64,000 bases of DNA from an uncultured Thermoplasmata archaeon (GTDB lineage Archaea > Thermoplasmatota > Thermoplasmata > UBA10834), in contig CAZMPY010000026.1 of NCBI GenBank assembly GCA_964568665.1, positions 62,106-126,105 on the forward strand, written 5' to 3'. Below the pieces are notes generated by a model, which saw only the letters and a program-made list of their open reading frames with translations, searched no databases and was not told the DNA's origin. Position numbers and translations under genes: made by a program. Position 1 is the stretch's first letter, and each line of letters starts with the position of its first letter. Shown here piece after piece: positions 17,941 through 27,461 of the stretch.

Positions 17941-18618
17941 GTGACATTGAAGCGTCCCGTGATCGTGGTCAACTTCAAGACCTATGTCGAGGCGAGCGGT
18001 GAGAACGCCCTCGCGCTCGCAAGGTTGTGCGAGGCCGTCGCAGATGAGACGGGCGCGGCCATCGTGGTCGCCCCGCCCATGGTCGACCTCTCCCTCGTCG
18101 CGCGGTCCGTCGGGATACCTGTCTTCTCCCAGCACGTGGACGATGTCCCGTCGGGCGGTACGACCGGTCACATCACCGTCGAGAACGTCAAGGCGTCGGG
18201 GGCCAAGGGGACGCTGCTGAACCATTCCGAGAAGAGGATCAAGATTGCGGAGATACACGAGCTCATCGTCCGCGCAAGAGGCGCTGGCCTTTCCACCATC
18301 GTGTGCACGAACAACCTCGGCGTCAGCAAGGCATGCGCCGCCATGGAGCCGGACTTCGTGGCCATCGAGCCGCCTGAGCTCATAGGCGGGGACATATCCG
18401 TCACCACGGCCAACCCGGGGATCGTGGGCGACACGGTCGATGCCATCAGGCATGTCGGCAGAGACGTGGGCGTGCTGTGCGGCGCGGGCGTGAAGAACGG
18501 CCGCGACGTCGCGAAGGCCATCGAGCTCGGCGCTGATGGCGTGCTCCTCGCGAGCGGCGTGGTCAAGGCCAAGGACAGACGCGCGGTCCTGCTGGACCTC
18601 GTGTCGGGCCTGAAGTGA
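17941..18618 (+). CDS. tpiA: Triosephosphate isomerase (archaeal type)
   Basis: NFK, LNHSE, AIEPPELIG, LCGAGV, GVLLASG. Confidence 0.96.
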   Translation: MTLKRPVIVVNFKTYVEASGENALALARLCEAVADETGAAIVVAPPMVDLSLVARSVGIPVFSQHVDDVPSGGTTGHITVENVKASGAKGTLLNHSEKRIKIAEIHELIVRARGAGLSTIVCTNNLGVSKACAAMEPDFVAIEPPELIGGDISVTTANPGIVGDTVDAIRHVGRDVGVLCGAGVKNGRDVAKAIELGADGVLLASGVVKAKDRRAVLLDLVSGLK

Positions 18619-18675
18619 CCCGAAGCCTACGTGTAGCCGTCTGGTCTTTCTTGTGCGCCGGCGCTAGCCGTCCCG

Positions 18676-20856
18676 ATGCGGTCCGGTCAGGTCGTTGTGG
18701 TGTCATCGGCTTTGCTCTTCTTTCTCGGCCTGGCCGTCCCGTATCCATCGTCCTACGGGGACACGTGCGGGGGGCAGATATCGACCATCCAGTCGCAGCA
18801 CGTGGTCATCTCGGAGTTCTACCCGTGCGGGCTCTGCGAGGACGAGTACTTCGTCCTGACGAACCTGGCGTATTCCACCGTCGACATGGACGGCTGGACC
18901 GTCACGGACGGCGAGGGCTCGCTCACGTTCGCTGGGGGGCTGGCCATGCTTCCGGGCGGGAGGCTCGCGCTGTCGGCGAACTCCAGCTCCTTCGCCGCGG
19001 TGTACGGCGTGCCTCCGGACATCGGGCTCGACCTCGCATCCTCCTATCTGCTGGTGGCGCGCTCGGGCTCGCTGCGGCTGGCGGACGACGGGGACAACCT
19101 GAGCCTGCTGGACCCCTCCGGCGCGCTGTCCGATCTCGTGTGCTACGGTGATAGTCCCGTCCCCGCCTCGGGCTGGGCCGGCGGTCCGGTGCCTGCCCTG
19201 AGGCAGGGGGAGGTCTGCAAGCGGGTGTCGCAGGACGGGCTCCCCAGGGACACGGACTGCGCGGACGATTGGCAGCCGTTCCGCGAGCACCGGTACGGTT
19301 ACACCGACCACCCGCCCATCGGTTCGACGGTCCCGCAAGGCCAGCTGGTCGCCTTCACGAGCCCCGATTCGTCGCTGGAGGTGGTCCTCGGGGAGTTCGC
19401 CCGCGCGGAGGATGACATCCGACTGTGCGCGTACGAGCTCTATTCGTCGTCGGTCTGCAACGCCCTGCTCTCCGCCATCGGTCGAGGGGTGGATGTGAGC
19501 GTCCTGGTCGACGGCTCCCCGGTGGGGGGCATGGACGACCGCGAGGTCGTGTGCCTGTCGGTCCTCCGTGACGGGGGCGCCCTTGTCTGGGAAGTGAAAG
19601 GCGCCATGGATGACGACATAGTACGGCACTTCGGTGCGCTCCATCCCAAATACGCGGTCATAGACGGGAAGCGGGCGGTCGTCATGTCGGAGAACTTCGT
19701 CGAGAGCGGCCTCCCGACGGACCGGCTCCACGGCAACAGGGGCTGGGGCGTCGCGTTCACCAGCAGCGCCGTTGCGGGGTATCTCGTGCATCTCTTCGAC
19801 GAGGACAGCCGCGCGTCCAGACCAGATGTGATGGACTGGGGGACGGACCCTCGTTTCGTCCAGGATGCACGCCTGGAGGCGGAGGACGCCACGGACCATG
19901 CGTCAGGCGTCCTTCGGCCGCTCGTCACCGGGTCCGACGCGTTCGTCGAGGTCCGCGTGTCACCGGACCATTCCCAGGCAGCGCCCTACCTGGCCGGGCT
20001 ACTGGGATCAGCGATGGACATACTGGCCGAGCAGTTCCAGGCGGACTCCCTCTGGAAGGATCGGTGGACCTCCGAGGCATCGGTCAGCCCCGTCCTCTCA
20101 GAGATCATCGACAGGCTGCGCGCGAACGCCACGGTCAGAGTGCTCCTGGATTCGTCATGGTTCAACATCGAGAGGAGCCGGGCCGCGATCGACATGCTGA
20201 GCGAGATGGCCTCAGGCTATGGCCTGGCGGGCGGGTTCCAGCTCCTGGACAACCGCAGCCCCATCACGGTCCTCCACAACAAGGGGCTCGTCCTCGACGG
20301 GAACGTGTCCGTCGTCTCGAGCAACAACTGGGTCCGCGCATCGTTCGCGGAGAACCGGGAGCTGGCGGTCGTCATCCGGTCCCAGGAGGTGGCGTCGTAC
20401 TTCTCGGGTGCGTTCGACCTCGACTGGTACCCAGACGAGACCCCGCCCGTCGCGGATGCGGGGCAGGACATCACGGTCGCGATGGGCAGCGAGTCTGTCC
20501 TGGACGGCTCCGGGTCGCACGACGGGACTGCCCTGGTCCGCTGGTCCTGGGACTGGGACAGCGACGGCTCCGTCGATTTCTCAGGCCCCGTGTTCGAGTT
20601 CGTCGCCGTCGTCCCTGGAAGGCACACCGTCACATTGACCGTCGAGGACTGCTGGGGCAACACGGCGAGCGACACGGTATCAGTCGATGTGCTCTGCCCG
20701 TATCCGGACGAGACGGCATCGGAGGGGGCCATGCGCGTCCCCGCCGGTTGGCTCCTGGCCGGCGGTGCGTCGGTCCTCGCGCCGTACCTGCTGCTGAGGC
20801 GGCTCAGGCGCCGGCCGATGCGCCCGCACAAGATTAATCTCCGCAGACTCGATTAG
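18676..20856 (+). CDS. Exported phospholipase D superfamily protein: lamin-tail domain, two HKD domains, PKD domain, C-terminal membrane anchor
   Basis: Signal peptide; ISEFYP..EYFVLTN (LTD); LHPKYAVID and LHNKGLVLD; PVADAG..DGSGSHD..WSWDWD (PKD); hydrophobic segment followed by a basic tail. Confidence 0.85.
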   Translation: MRSGQVVVVSSALLFFLGLAVPYPSSYGDTCGGQISTIQSQHVVISEFYPCGLCEDEYFVLTNLAYSTVDMDGWTVTDGEGSLTFAGGLAMLPGGRLALSANSSSFAAVYGVPPDIGLDLASSYLLVARSGSLRLADDGDNLSLLDPSGALSDLVCYGDSPVPASGWAGGPVPALRQGEVCKRVSQDGLPRDTDCADDWQPFREHRYGYTDHPPIGSTVPQGQLVAFTSPDSSLEVVLGEFARAEDDIRLCAYELYSSSVCNALLSAIGRGVDVSVLVDGSPVGGMDDREVVCLSVLRDGGALVWEVKGAMDDDIVRHFGALHPKYAVIDGKRAVVMSENFVESGLPTDRLHGNRGWGVAFTSSAVAGYLVHLFDEDSRASRPDVMDWGTDPRFVQDARLEAEDATDHASGVLRPLVTGSDAFVEVRVSPDHSQAAPYLAGLLGSAMDILAEQFQADSLWKDRWTSEASVSPVLSEIIDRLRANATVRVLLDSSWFNIERSRAAIDMLSEMASGYGLAGGFQLLDNRSPITVLHNKGLVLDGNVSVVSSNNWVRASFAENRELAVVIRSQEVASYFSGAFDLDWYPDETPPVADAGQDITVAMGSESVLDGSGSHDGTALVRWSWDWDSDGSVDFSGPVFEFVAVVPGRHTVTLTVEDCWGNTASDTVSVDVLCPYPDETASEGAMRVPAGWLLAGGASVLAPYLLLRRLRRRPMRPHKINLRRLD

Positions 20857-20865
20857 CCGCCCTGG

Positions 20866-21309
20866 ATGATCGTCCTACGGAAGTTCTCCCCGACGGACAT
20901 CCAGGGGGTCATGCAGGTCGTCAGGGGCTCCCTGGGCGAGGTGTACCCGCCCTCGCTGTACCTGACGATACACAACCTCTGGGGGAACGGGTTCACGGTG
21001 GCAGTCGAGGACGGCCGAATCGTGGGGTTCGTCGCGGCGGTGATACCCACGCCGAAGACCGTCCGCGTCCTCATGCTCGCGGTGCTGCCGGAGCACAGGC
21101 GCAGGTCGCTGGGGCTGAGGCTCATGGCCGAGCTCTACCAGTGCTGCCTCGCGAACGGCCTCGACACCATAACGTTGGAAGTGCGCAAGAGCAACATGCA
21201 GGCCATCGCGTTCTACGAGCATCAGGGCTTCTCCGCGTGCGGTGAGATCAAATGCTTCTACACGAACGGCGAGGACGCCCTGATGATGGTCAAGGTGTTG
21301 CAGAGCTGA
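20866..21309 (+). CDS. GNAT N-acetyltransferase, RimI/Ard1-like
   Basis: LAVLPEHRRRSLG, LEVRKSN..AIAFY..GF, YTNGEDALMM. Confidence 0.88.
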   Translation: MIVLRKFSPTDIQGVMQVVRGSLGEVYPPSLYLTIHNLWGNGFTVAVEDGRIVGFVAAVIPTPKTVRVLMLAVLPEHRRRSLGLRLMAELYQCCLANGLDTITLEVRKSNMQAIAFYEHQGFSACGEIKCFYTNGEDALMMVKVLQS

Positions 21310-21315
21310 GCGGCC

Positions 21316-22851
21316 TCATCCGTAGCCGCGCTTGTCGTCGTGCACGTGCTGGTTCCAGTAAGTGTATGGCGACGATTCGCGCTCGGACGCGCTCATGTCC
21401 TTGGACACGCCGCCCATGATGCTCCCGTAGCGTTCCCTGATCTGGTCCTCGACGGGCCTCGCGCGCTTCATCGCGTCCTTGATGTGCCGTCCCTCGATGA
21501 GCGGCGCGCCCTCACCCACTGCGACGTCCCCGGCCGCCCTGACCAGGCCGCCCAGCTCCCTGAGCCTGAGCGTCAGCGCGTGATCCCTGTTGTCCACGGT
21601 CTTCGCGCGCTTCTTCGCCTCGAGTATGACCAGCTCGATGGCGTCCCTGGTGGCGTGGGGTATCCTCCGGTCCATCACGATCTCCTGGGCGATGAAATGG
21701 GCAAGCTTCAGCCGGTTCGCTTCCGTGTCGGGCATGGCCGTCTCGACGAGGACCTCGTACCCTCCGCCGCATATCCTCGACCTCAGGGGCGAGAGTATGT
21801 GGGGCAGGTCCTGGATGTTGCACGCCCCGACGAAGATGAAGTCGCAGGGCACGTTGTCGACCCTGACGCTGGCGCCAGCGCTCTGCGGGTTGCGGCCCGT
21901 GATCGGGAAGCGTTTCTCCTGCATACCCGTGAGCATGAACCTCTGGAGATGGCCAAGATGTGGCAGCTCGTCGACGAAGAGCACGCCCTGGTGGGCGTTG
22001 TGTATCGCCCCGGCCACGACCCTGTCGTAGGGCGCGGTCCCGAGCTGCGGGTGACCCCCGTAGGGGTCGTGCCTCACGTCCCCGAGCAGCTCGACCTCGC
22101 TGGCTCCGGTCGCCAGGACGAACGGGTTCCTGGTGATGGGGATTATGACCTTGCGCGGACTCTCCTTCTCCAGCTCCCGCCTCTTCTCGAGGGCCGGCTG
22201 GTCGAGGACCTTGATCATCTCGCCCGCGCGCTCGAACACCACCACCTCCTCCTTCCCGAACCTCTTCCTGGTGGTCGTGACGCGCTCGCGCCCTCCGCCC
22301 ATCTGGCCCATGGTGACCTCGACAAGGCCCCCGAGGAGGTCCCCGAACGGGTTGTTCGACGTGGACCTCACCTGGGCGACCTTGGTGCGGGCGCACTTGG
22401 GGCAGAAACCCTCCTTGGGAGACGAGTAGGCGCCACAGCTCGTGCATCTGTAGCCGAGCCTCTCGGCCACGTTGACGGGGGCCTCCTTGGGGTCGATGAA
22501 CTCCCCCTCGGCGAACCCCTTGGACTCGAGCTCCCTCTCGACCTCCTCGGCCGTCTTGACCTCGACCATGGGCCGCTCGGGGTTCTCGGGGTTGTGGACC
22601 ACCCTGATCTCCTCGGTCGGCCGCGCCAGGTGCAGGGACAGGGCCTGGGCTATCATGGATTTGCCCGTTCCAGGCGGGCCCACGAGCAGGAAATGCCTGC
22701 GCTGGGCCGCGGCGATCCTGGCCAGCCTGACGGCCTCGTCCTGGCCTATGACCCGGTCGAGGGGGTCAGTCGAGATCCTGATGTCCTCGGTCGTCTCGAC
22801 CTCGTCGAGCGACCTCGGACGTCTCTGGTCCGCTTGCTGGTCGTCCGTCAT
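21316..22851 (-). CDS. LonB-type AAA+ ATPase lacking the protease domain, with a Zn-ribbon insert
   Basis: DRVIGQD, Walker A GPPGTGKS, LLGDVRHDPY, Walker B LFVDE, LRSRI, LRELGGLVR; CTSC...CPKC insert; the ORF ends before any protease domain. Confidence 0.82.
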   Translation of the reverse strand: MTDDQQADQRRPRSLDEVETTEDIRISTDPLDRVIGQDEAVRLARIAAAQRRHFLLVGPPGTGKSMIAQALSLHLARPTEEIRVVHNPENPERPMVEVKTAEEVERELESKGFAEGEFIDPKEAPVNVAERLGYRCTSCGAYSSPKEGFCPKCARTKVAQVRSTSNNPFGDLLGGLVEVTMGQMGGGRERVTTTRKRFGKEEVVVFERAGEMIKVLDQPALEKRRELEKESPRKVIIPITRNPFVLATGASEVELLGDVRHDPYGGHPQLGTAPYDRVVAGAIHNAHQGVLFVDELPHLGHLQRFMLTGMQEKRFPITGRNPQSAGASVRVDNVPCDFIFVGACNIQDLPHILSPLRSRICGGGYEVLVETAMPDTEANRLKLAHFIAQEIVMDRRIPHATRDAIELVILEAKKRAKTVDNRDHALTLRLRELGGLVRAAGDVAVGEGAPLIEGRHIKDAMKRARPVEDQIRERYGSIMGGVSKDMSASERESSPYTYWNQHVHDDKRGYG

Positions 22852-22865
22852 GCGGTTCCCGGTGC

Positions 22866-24194
22866 TCAGTTGAGGTTTTCCTTCGTCATGATGTTGACCT
22901 TGGTCGGCATCTTGGCGATGTTCCCCAGCTTAACACCTACGACCGCGTTGATATTCTTTTCCACGGCGAGGTCGAGTATCCTCTGCGTGATGATCCCGTC
23001 GAGCACGACGACGGTGACGCCATCGGTGCTCTCCTTGAGCGTGTCCGCGAGCTTGCTGACATGGACCTCCTTGAGGACGTTGCCGCTCCCGTTGAGGAGC
23101 TTGGCCTTGGAGGTGTTGTTCAGCTCGTCCAGGACCTCCTTGTACCTGCCCTGCTCAGGCGAGAGCCGCCTGGTCGGGGGGCGCTCCTCGGGCCTCGGCC
23201 CGCGCATCTCCCTCGGTTCCCTGGGCTCCCTCTGCTCCCTCATCTCCCGTGGCTCGCGCGGCTCCCGGCTGCGTTCCCTGTCGTCCTCGCGCCTGCCGCC
23301 GCGGTCGCCGCGTGGCTCGTCCTGGCGCTCCTTTTTCTCACCATTCTTGCCGCCGACCTGTTGGATGTTGAACATTTCTGCGAACTGGTCCGCGGGCACC
23401 TTGTTCCTGAGGCACTTGACCATCTGCTTCTGGGTCAGCTCCTCGACCTCCTGGCCAGCGGGCGCGCGCGCGATGAAGTCGATCTCTGCGACCTGCAGCA
23501 TCTCCCTGATGATGAGCTCGCCGCCCCTGTCGCCGTCCACGAACGCCGTGACGACCTTCTCGCGGGCCAGGTCGATGATCGACTGGGGCACGTTCGTGCC
23601 CTCGACGGCGATGACGTTCTTGATGCCGTATTTGAGCATGTTGAGCACGTCGGAGCGCCCCTCAACGACTATGATCGCGTCGGAATCGTCGATGTTCGGG
23701 CCGGCCGGCAGTCTCTCCTTGCCGTAGTGCACGACCTCCTCCATCTGGAACGACTGGCGCACGGAGTCCGTGAGGTCCCCGCCGCTGGTCTTCGAGGCCT
23801 TCATCAGCTCGTTCAGGAGCTGCTTCGCCCTCTCGACGATCTTGTTGCGCTTGGACACCCTGACGTCCTCGATCTTATCGACGCTGATCCTGGCCTTGCA
23901 CGGCCCGACCCTGTCGATCGTCTCGAGCGCGGATGCGAGTATCGCTGTCTCGACCTGGTCCAGGCTCGACGGGACGTAGACGATGCCCTCGGACTTGCCC
24001 TTGCTGGAACTGACCTCGACCTCTATCCTCCCGATCCTGCCACTCTTCTGCAGGTCCCTGAGGTCGAGCTCGTCACCGAGAAGCCCCTCCGTCTGACCGA
24101 ATATCGCGCCGACGATGTCGGGCTTCTCAACTATGCCGTCTGTCGAAAGTCTTGCCGATATCAAGTATTTCGTTGTACTTGGATCTATATCCAT
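22866..24194 (-). CDS. dnaG: Archaeal DnaG-type primase (exosome-associated)
   Basis: GAIFGQTEGLLG, TOPRIM VVEGRSDV and FVDGDRGG; R/E/P-rich linker. Confidence 0.95.
   Translation of the reverse strand: MDIDPSTTKYLISARLSTDGIVEKPDIVGAIFGQTEGLLGDELDLRDLQKSGRIGRIEVEVSSSKGKSEGIVYVPSSLDQVETAILASALETIDRVGPCKARISVDKIEDVRVSKRNKIVERAKQLLNELMKASKTSGGDLTDSVRQSFQMEEVVHYGKERLPAGPNIDDSDAIIVVEGRSDVLNMLKYGIKNVIAVEGTNVPQSIIDLAREKVVTAFVDGDRGGELIIREMLQVAEIDFIARAPAGQEVEELTQKQMVKCLRNKVPADQFAEMFNIQQVGGKNGEKKERQDEPRGDRGGRREDDRERSREPREPREMREQREPREPREMRGPRPEERPPTRRLSPEQGRYKEVLDELNNTSKAKLLNGSGNVLKEVHVSKLADTLKESTDGVTVVVLDGIITQRILDLAVEKNINAVVGVKLGNIAKMPTKVNIMTKENLN
23195..23290 (-). repeat. Low-complexity REPRE/REMRE repeats in the DnaG linker
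   Basis: Translation RSREPREPREMREQREPREPREMRGPRPEER. Confidence 0.6.
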
Positions 24195-24487
24195 GTGTCT
24201 CTCTCCTAGTGTGTGAAAAACAGGCCCGTCGTCCGTCCCCTCGGTCCAACTCTGGCTTTCGTCTCGTCCTCCGGACGGGGCGCGGGGTTTGACAAACATC
24301 TTGGCTATTGGGGGTCCTGGCAGGCACTTGGCCTTGGCCGGTCTCCCCGAGGATATTCACGGGTCAGCGTGATGATGTCAATGTGGATTTTAAGCGCTGT
24401 TCTTCTAGGACTATTAATGCGCCCTTTGATAAAAACTTTTCCATCATTTGTATGATATCCGGTCGGAGCGTGCCAGCATGTCCTAGC

Positions 24488-24697
24488 CTACCCTCCGGAG
24501 ACCACCGATATCAGCTTGATGTCCTCGCCGTCCTCGAGCGGTTCGTCCAGGGGGATGGGGTCCTCGCCCCGCACAGGGATCCACTCATCGGGATGGAGGC
24601 CGATCGCCCTTAAGGCGTCCTCCGCGGTCGCGCCGTCCGCCAGGTCGACTGTCCTGGTCTCTTTCCTCGTCGGCAGGAGGTGCAACCTGATCCTCAT
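24488..24697 (-). CDS. MoaD/ThiS family ubiquitin-like protein (SAMP)
   Basis: 69 aa beta-grasp-like protein ending in VSGG. Confidence 0.88.
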   Translation of the reverse strand: MRIRLHLLPTRKETRTVDLADGATAEDALRAIGLHPDEWIPVRGEDPIPLDEPLEDGEDIKLISVVSGG

Positions 24698-24831
24698 GTC
24701 TTGCCCCTGCCCGGGGAGGGATGGGCCCGTATTAACTCCTTCCTCGCCGCGGCGGCGTCCCGGCCGGCTTGGGCCCGATTGAAAACGTCATATACTCGAC
24801 CGCTGATGCAAGTGTGCAATCCAGGGATACT

Positions 24832-24921
24832 GCCGAGGTAGCTAAGCCCGGTTTAAGGCGGTAGGCTCGAGACCTACTGGTGTTCGTCACCACGGGAGTT
24901 CAAATCTCCCCCTCGGCGCCA
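24832..24921 (+). tRNA. tRNA-Ser(CGA), CCA encoded
   Basis: Acceptor GCCGAGG/CCTCGGC, anticodon arm GTAGG-CTCGAGA-CCTAC, long variable arm, T-loop GTTCAAATC, discriminator G, CCA. Confidence 0.96.
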
Positions 24922-25002
24922 CAATCCTCCTCCCCCCTCGCGCGCCCCCACTGCGAAAATCATAGGGATTATCTACGGGCCGGGCCATCACTCAGCTGCA
25001 CC

Positions 25003-26229
25003 ATGACCCCGAAGAAGATGCTTATCATAGTGTGCGACGGCCTCTCCGACAGGCCAGTCAAGCAGTTCGACGGCAGGACCCCTCTCCAGGCGGCGCGCAG
25101 GCCCGCGATGGACGCCCTGGCGCGACACGGCATGAGCGGCGTCATGGACGTGATAGGCCCTGGGGTCATACCAGGGAGCGACACGGCGCACCTGGCCCTG
25201 TTCGGCTACGACCCCTACAAGGTCTACACCGGGCGCGGGCCGATCGAGGCCGCAGGGGCCGGGATCGAAGTGGCGCGGGGGGATGTCGCCTTCAGATGCA
25301 ACTTCGCGACTGTCGACGGGTCTCTCAGGGTCGTCGACAGGAGGGCCGGCAGGATCAAGGTCGGGACGGACCAGCTCGCCAAAGCCGTGAGCGGCATGGT
25401 GATCGAGGACATCAAGGTCGTTTTCAAGGAGGGCTCGGAGCACCGGGGGGCCCTCGTGCTGAAGGGCCCGGGCCTGGACCACAGGGTGACGGACGTCGAC
25501 CCCCATGATGAGCAGAGGATACTCGAGGCCAAAGCCATGGGCCCAGAGGCCGAGAAGACCGCGAGGGTCCTGAACGAGTTCGTCCGCAGGTCCTATGCCG
25601 CCCTCTCCGACCATCCCGTGAACCGGGCCCGCATCGCCAACGGTCAGCCTCCAGCCAACATCATCCTGCCCAGAGGGGCGGGGAGCATACGCGAGCTCGA
25701 GCCTCTCTCGGAGCGGTATGGGATCAGTTGCGCGGCCGTCGCGGGAGTGACGCTGGTGAAGGGCATCTGCAAGCTGGTAGGCATGGACGTCGCCGAGGTC
25801 CCAGGCGCCACCGGCGGACTCGATACGGATTACAGGGCGAAGGCCGAGGCCGCGCTGAGGCTCCTGCAGACGCACGACCTCGTGTTCATCAACGTCAAGG
25901 CGAGCGACATCGCAGGGCACGACGGGGACTTCCGGATGAAGGTCCAGGTCATCGAGAGCATCGACATGATGCTGGGCATGATCCTGAAGGACATCCACGA
26001 GGACGTCGTCGTCGCCCTCACGGCGGACCACTCGACCCCGGTCGCCACGAAGGACCACAGTGCGGACCCGGTCCCGGTCACGATCTCGGGCGGCGGGGTC
26101 AGGGTCGACGGCGTGCGCGAGTTCGACGAGATATCGGCGGCGATGGGCGCACTCGGGAGGATCCGTGGCTGCGACCTCATGCCCATAGTGCTCGGCATGG
26201 CGGACCGCGCGAAGAAGTTCGGGGCCTGA
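25003..26229 (+). CDS. apgM: 2,3-bisphosphoglycerate-independent phosphoglycerate mutase (archaeal)
   Basis: DGLSD, GSDTAH, GRGPIEA, DRRAGRI, DIAGHDG, ADHSTP. Confidence 0.95.
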   Translation: MTPKKMLIIVCDGLSDRPVKQFDGRTPLQAARRPAMDALARHGMSGVMDVIGPGVIPGSDTAHLALFGYDPYKVYTGRGPIEAAGAGIEVARGDVAFRCNFATVDGSLRVVDRRAGRIKVGTDQLAKAVSGMVIEDIKVVFKEGSEHRGALVLKGPGLDHRVTDVDPHDEQRILEAKAMGPEAEKTARVLNEFVRRSYAALSDHPVNRARIANGQPPANIILPRGAGSIRELEPLSERYGISCAAVAGVTLVKGICKLVGMDVAEVPGATGGLDTDYRAKAEAALRLLQTHDLVFINVKASDIAGHDGDFRMKVQVIESIDMMLGMILKDIHEDVVVALTADHSTPVATKDHSADPVPVTISGGGVRVDGVREFDEISAAMGALGRIRGCDLMPIVLGMADRAKKFGA

Positions 26230-26259
26230 TCGGCTTCATGGGCGGGACTGGGGACGTCC

Positions 26260-26544
26260 TCAGTTCATCTCTGCTAGTGCCCTGTTTATGGCCTCTTCCT
26301 GCATGTGCCCGACGATCTTCAGGTCGACCTTCTTGACGCCCTTGACACCGAGCACGCGCCTCTTGATGTTCTGGGCCAGATGCACGCCCAGCGGGCAGAA
26401 CGGCGAAGTGGGCTTGAAAGTGAGCCCGACGCGGTCCTTGGTCACCTCGAGGTCGGAGATCAGGCCCATGTCGTACACGCTGATGTTGGTGTGCGGGTCG
26501 ATGATCTCCTTGAGAACCGTTACGACTTCCTCCTCGCTCGGCAT
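26260..26544 (-). CDS. DUF59/FeS_assembly_P (SufT/PaaD-like) metal-sulfur cluster assembly factor
   Basis: IIDPHTNISVYDMGLI, TSPFCP. Confidence 0.88.
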   Translation of the reverse strand: MPSEEEVVTVLKEIIDPHTNISVYDMGLISDLEVTKDRVGLTFKPTSPFCPLGVHLAQNIKRRVLGVKGVKKVDLKIVGHMQEEAINRALAEMN

Positions 26545-26651
26545 CTGACATCCCCTGTTCTTGTGCTGTCCGGTCTGGCGGTGCAGTGGCGGCATCCAGT
26601 ATTAAGTTATTGATTGACCAGTTCGGTCCTGCGGGTGCTGGCCGCGGTTCG

Positions 26652-27296
26652 TCAGATCTCCCGTCTCTGCTTCTTGAAGTAGTCGAGGACTATCTTCCTC
26701 TGGCCCTTCCTCAGTATCTCGGAGAGCGTCGACGGTGAGACTTCGAACATCCTGGCCAGCTCCCTGAGGCTGATGCGCTTCGGATAGTCGAAGTACCCTC
26801 GCTCGAAGGCCACCTGGGTTATCTTGTCCTGCCTCTCAGTCAGCGTTTCCTTGTCGTCGATCTTCGTGAGCTTGACAAGCTCGGCATCCACGCTCTTTTC
26901 CTTCAGGTGGTCGAATATCTCCTTCAGGACCTTCTTCTCCTCGATTATCAGGGTCCATTCCACCTTCCCGGCGCCCCTCGACTGGGCCGATATGAGGAAC
27001 ACATCCGCGTCGCTGATGATCCTGCAGATCTCGCATCTGATCGTGGTGATCGCCCCGATGACCTTCCCCTTGTCCGTCACGGATGTGTCCAGTTTGGACA
27101 CCAGCGGGTTGGCCTTGATGTCCCTGAGCACATCCTGGATGGTGTCCTCAGGCGCGGATATCTCGACCAGGTCCTTGACGCCGTGCTCCGCGAACGGCAC
27201 CCGGTTTATGACCTTAATAGCGGTGGACGGGTACTTCGACGATATCTCGCTCATCCAGTGCTGCGGGATGCTGAGCGCAATCACTGCCTCCATCAT
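26652..27296 (-). CDS. Transcription regulator with a C-terminal HTH_10 (bacterio-opsin activator-type) domain
   Basis: LTERQ..AFERGYFDYPKRISLRELA..VSPSTLSEILRKG. Confidence 0.88.
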   Translation of the reverse strand: MMEAVIALSIPQHWMSEISSKYPSTAIKVINRVPFAEHGVKDLVEISAPEDTIQDVLRDIKANPLVSKLDTSVTDKGKVIGAITTIRCEICRIISDADVFLISAQSRGAGKVEWTLIIEEKKVLKEIFDHLKEKSVDAELVKLTKIDDKETLTERQDKITQVAFERGYFDYPKRISLRELARMFEVSPSTLSEILRKGQRKIVLDYFKKQRREI

Positions 27297-27461
27297 CGAT
27301 GATAACCTCCCGAAGAATCCGCTCTTGGTTCCCCGGTCCTGAGAAGGTCTACAGCGTACATCTATTTTGCGTAAACCTCTGGTAGGCGTACGGCGTGGCC
27401 ACCACTTTCGCGGTCCCTGAAAACTCCCTTATCTATGGCAGTCGTTCATGGATGCGTCAGG

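Noticed and set aside
24320-24358. FMN riboswitch-like start (TATCCTCGGGG on the minus strand)
   Set aside because: It lacks the CAGGGTGAAATTCCC and other conserved FMN elements, and dnaG is not a flavin gene.
24369-24410. Box C motif GTGATGA near the dnaG promoter
   Set aside because: No matching D boxes; it overlaps the minus-strand promoter.
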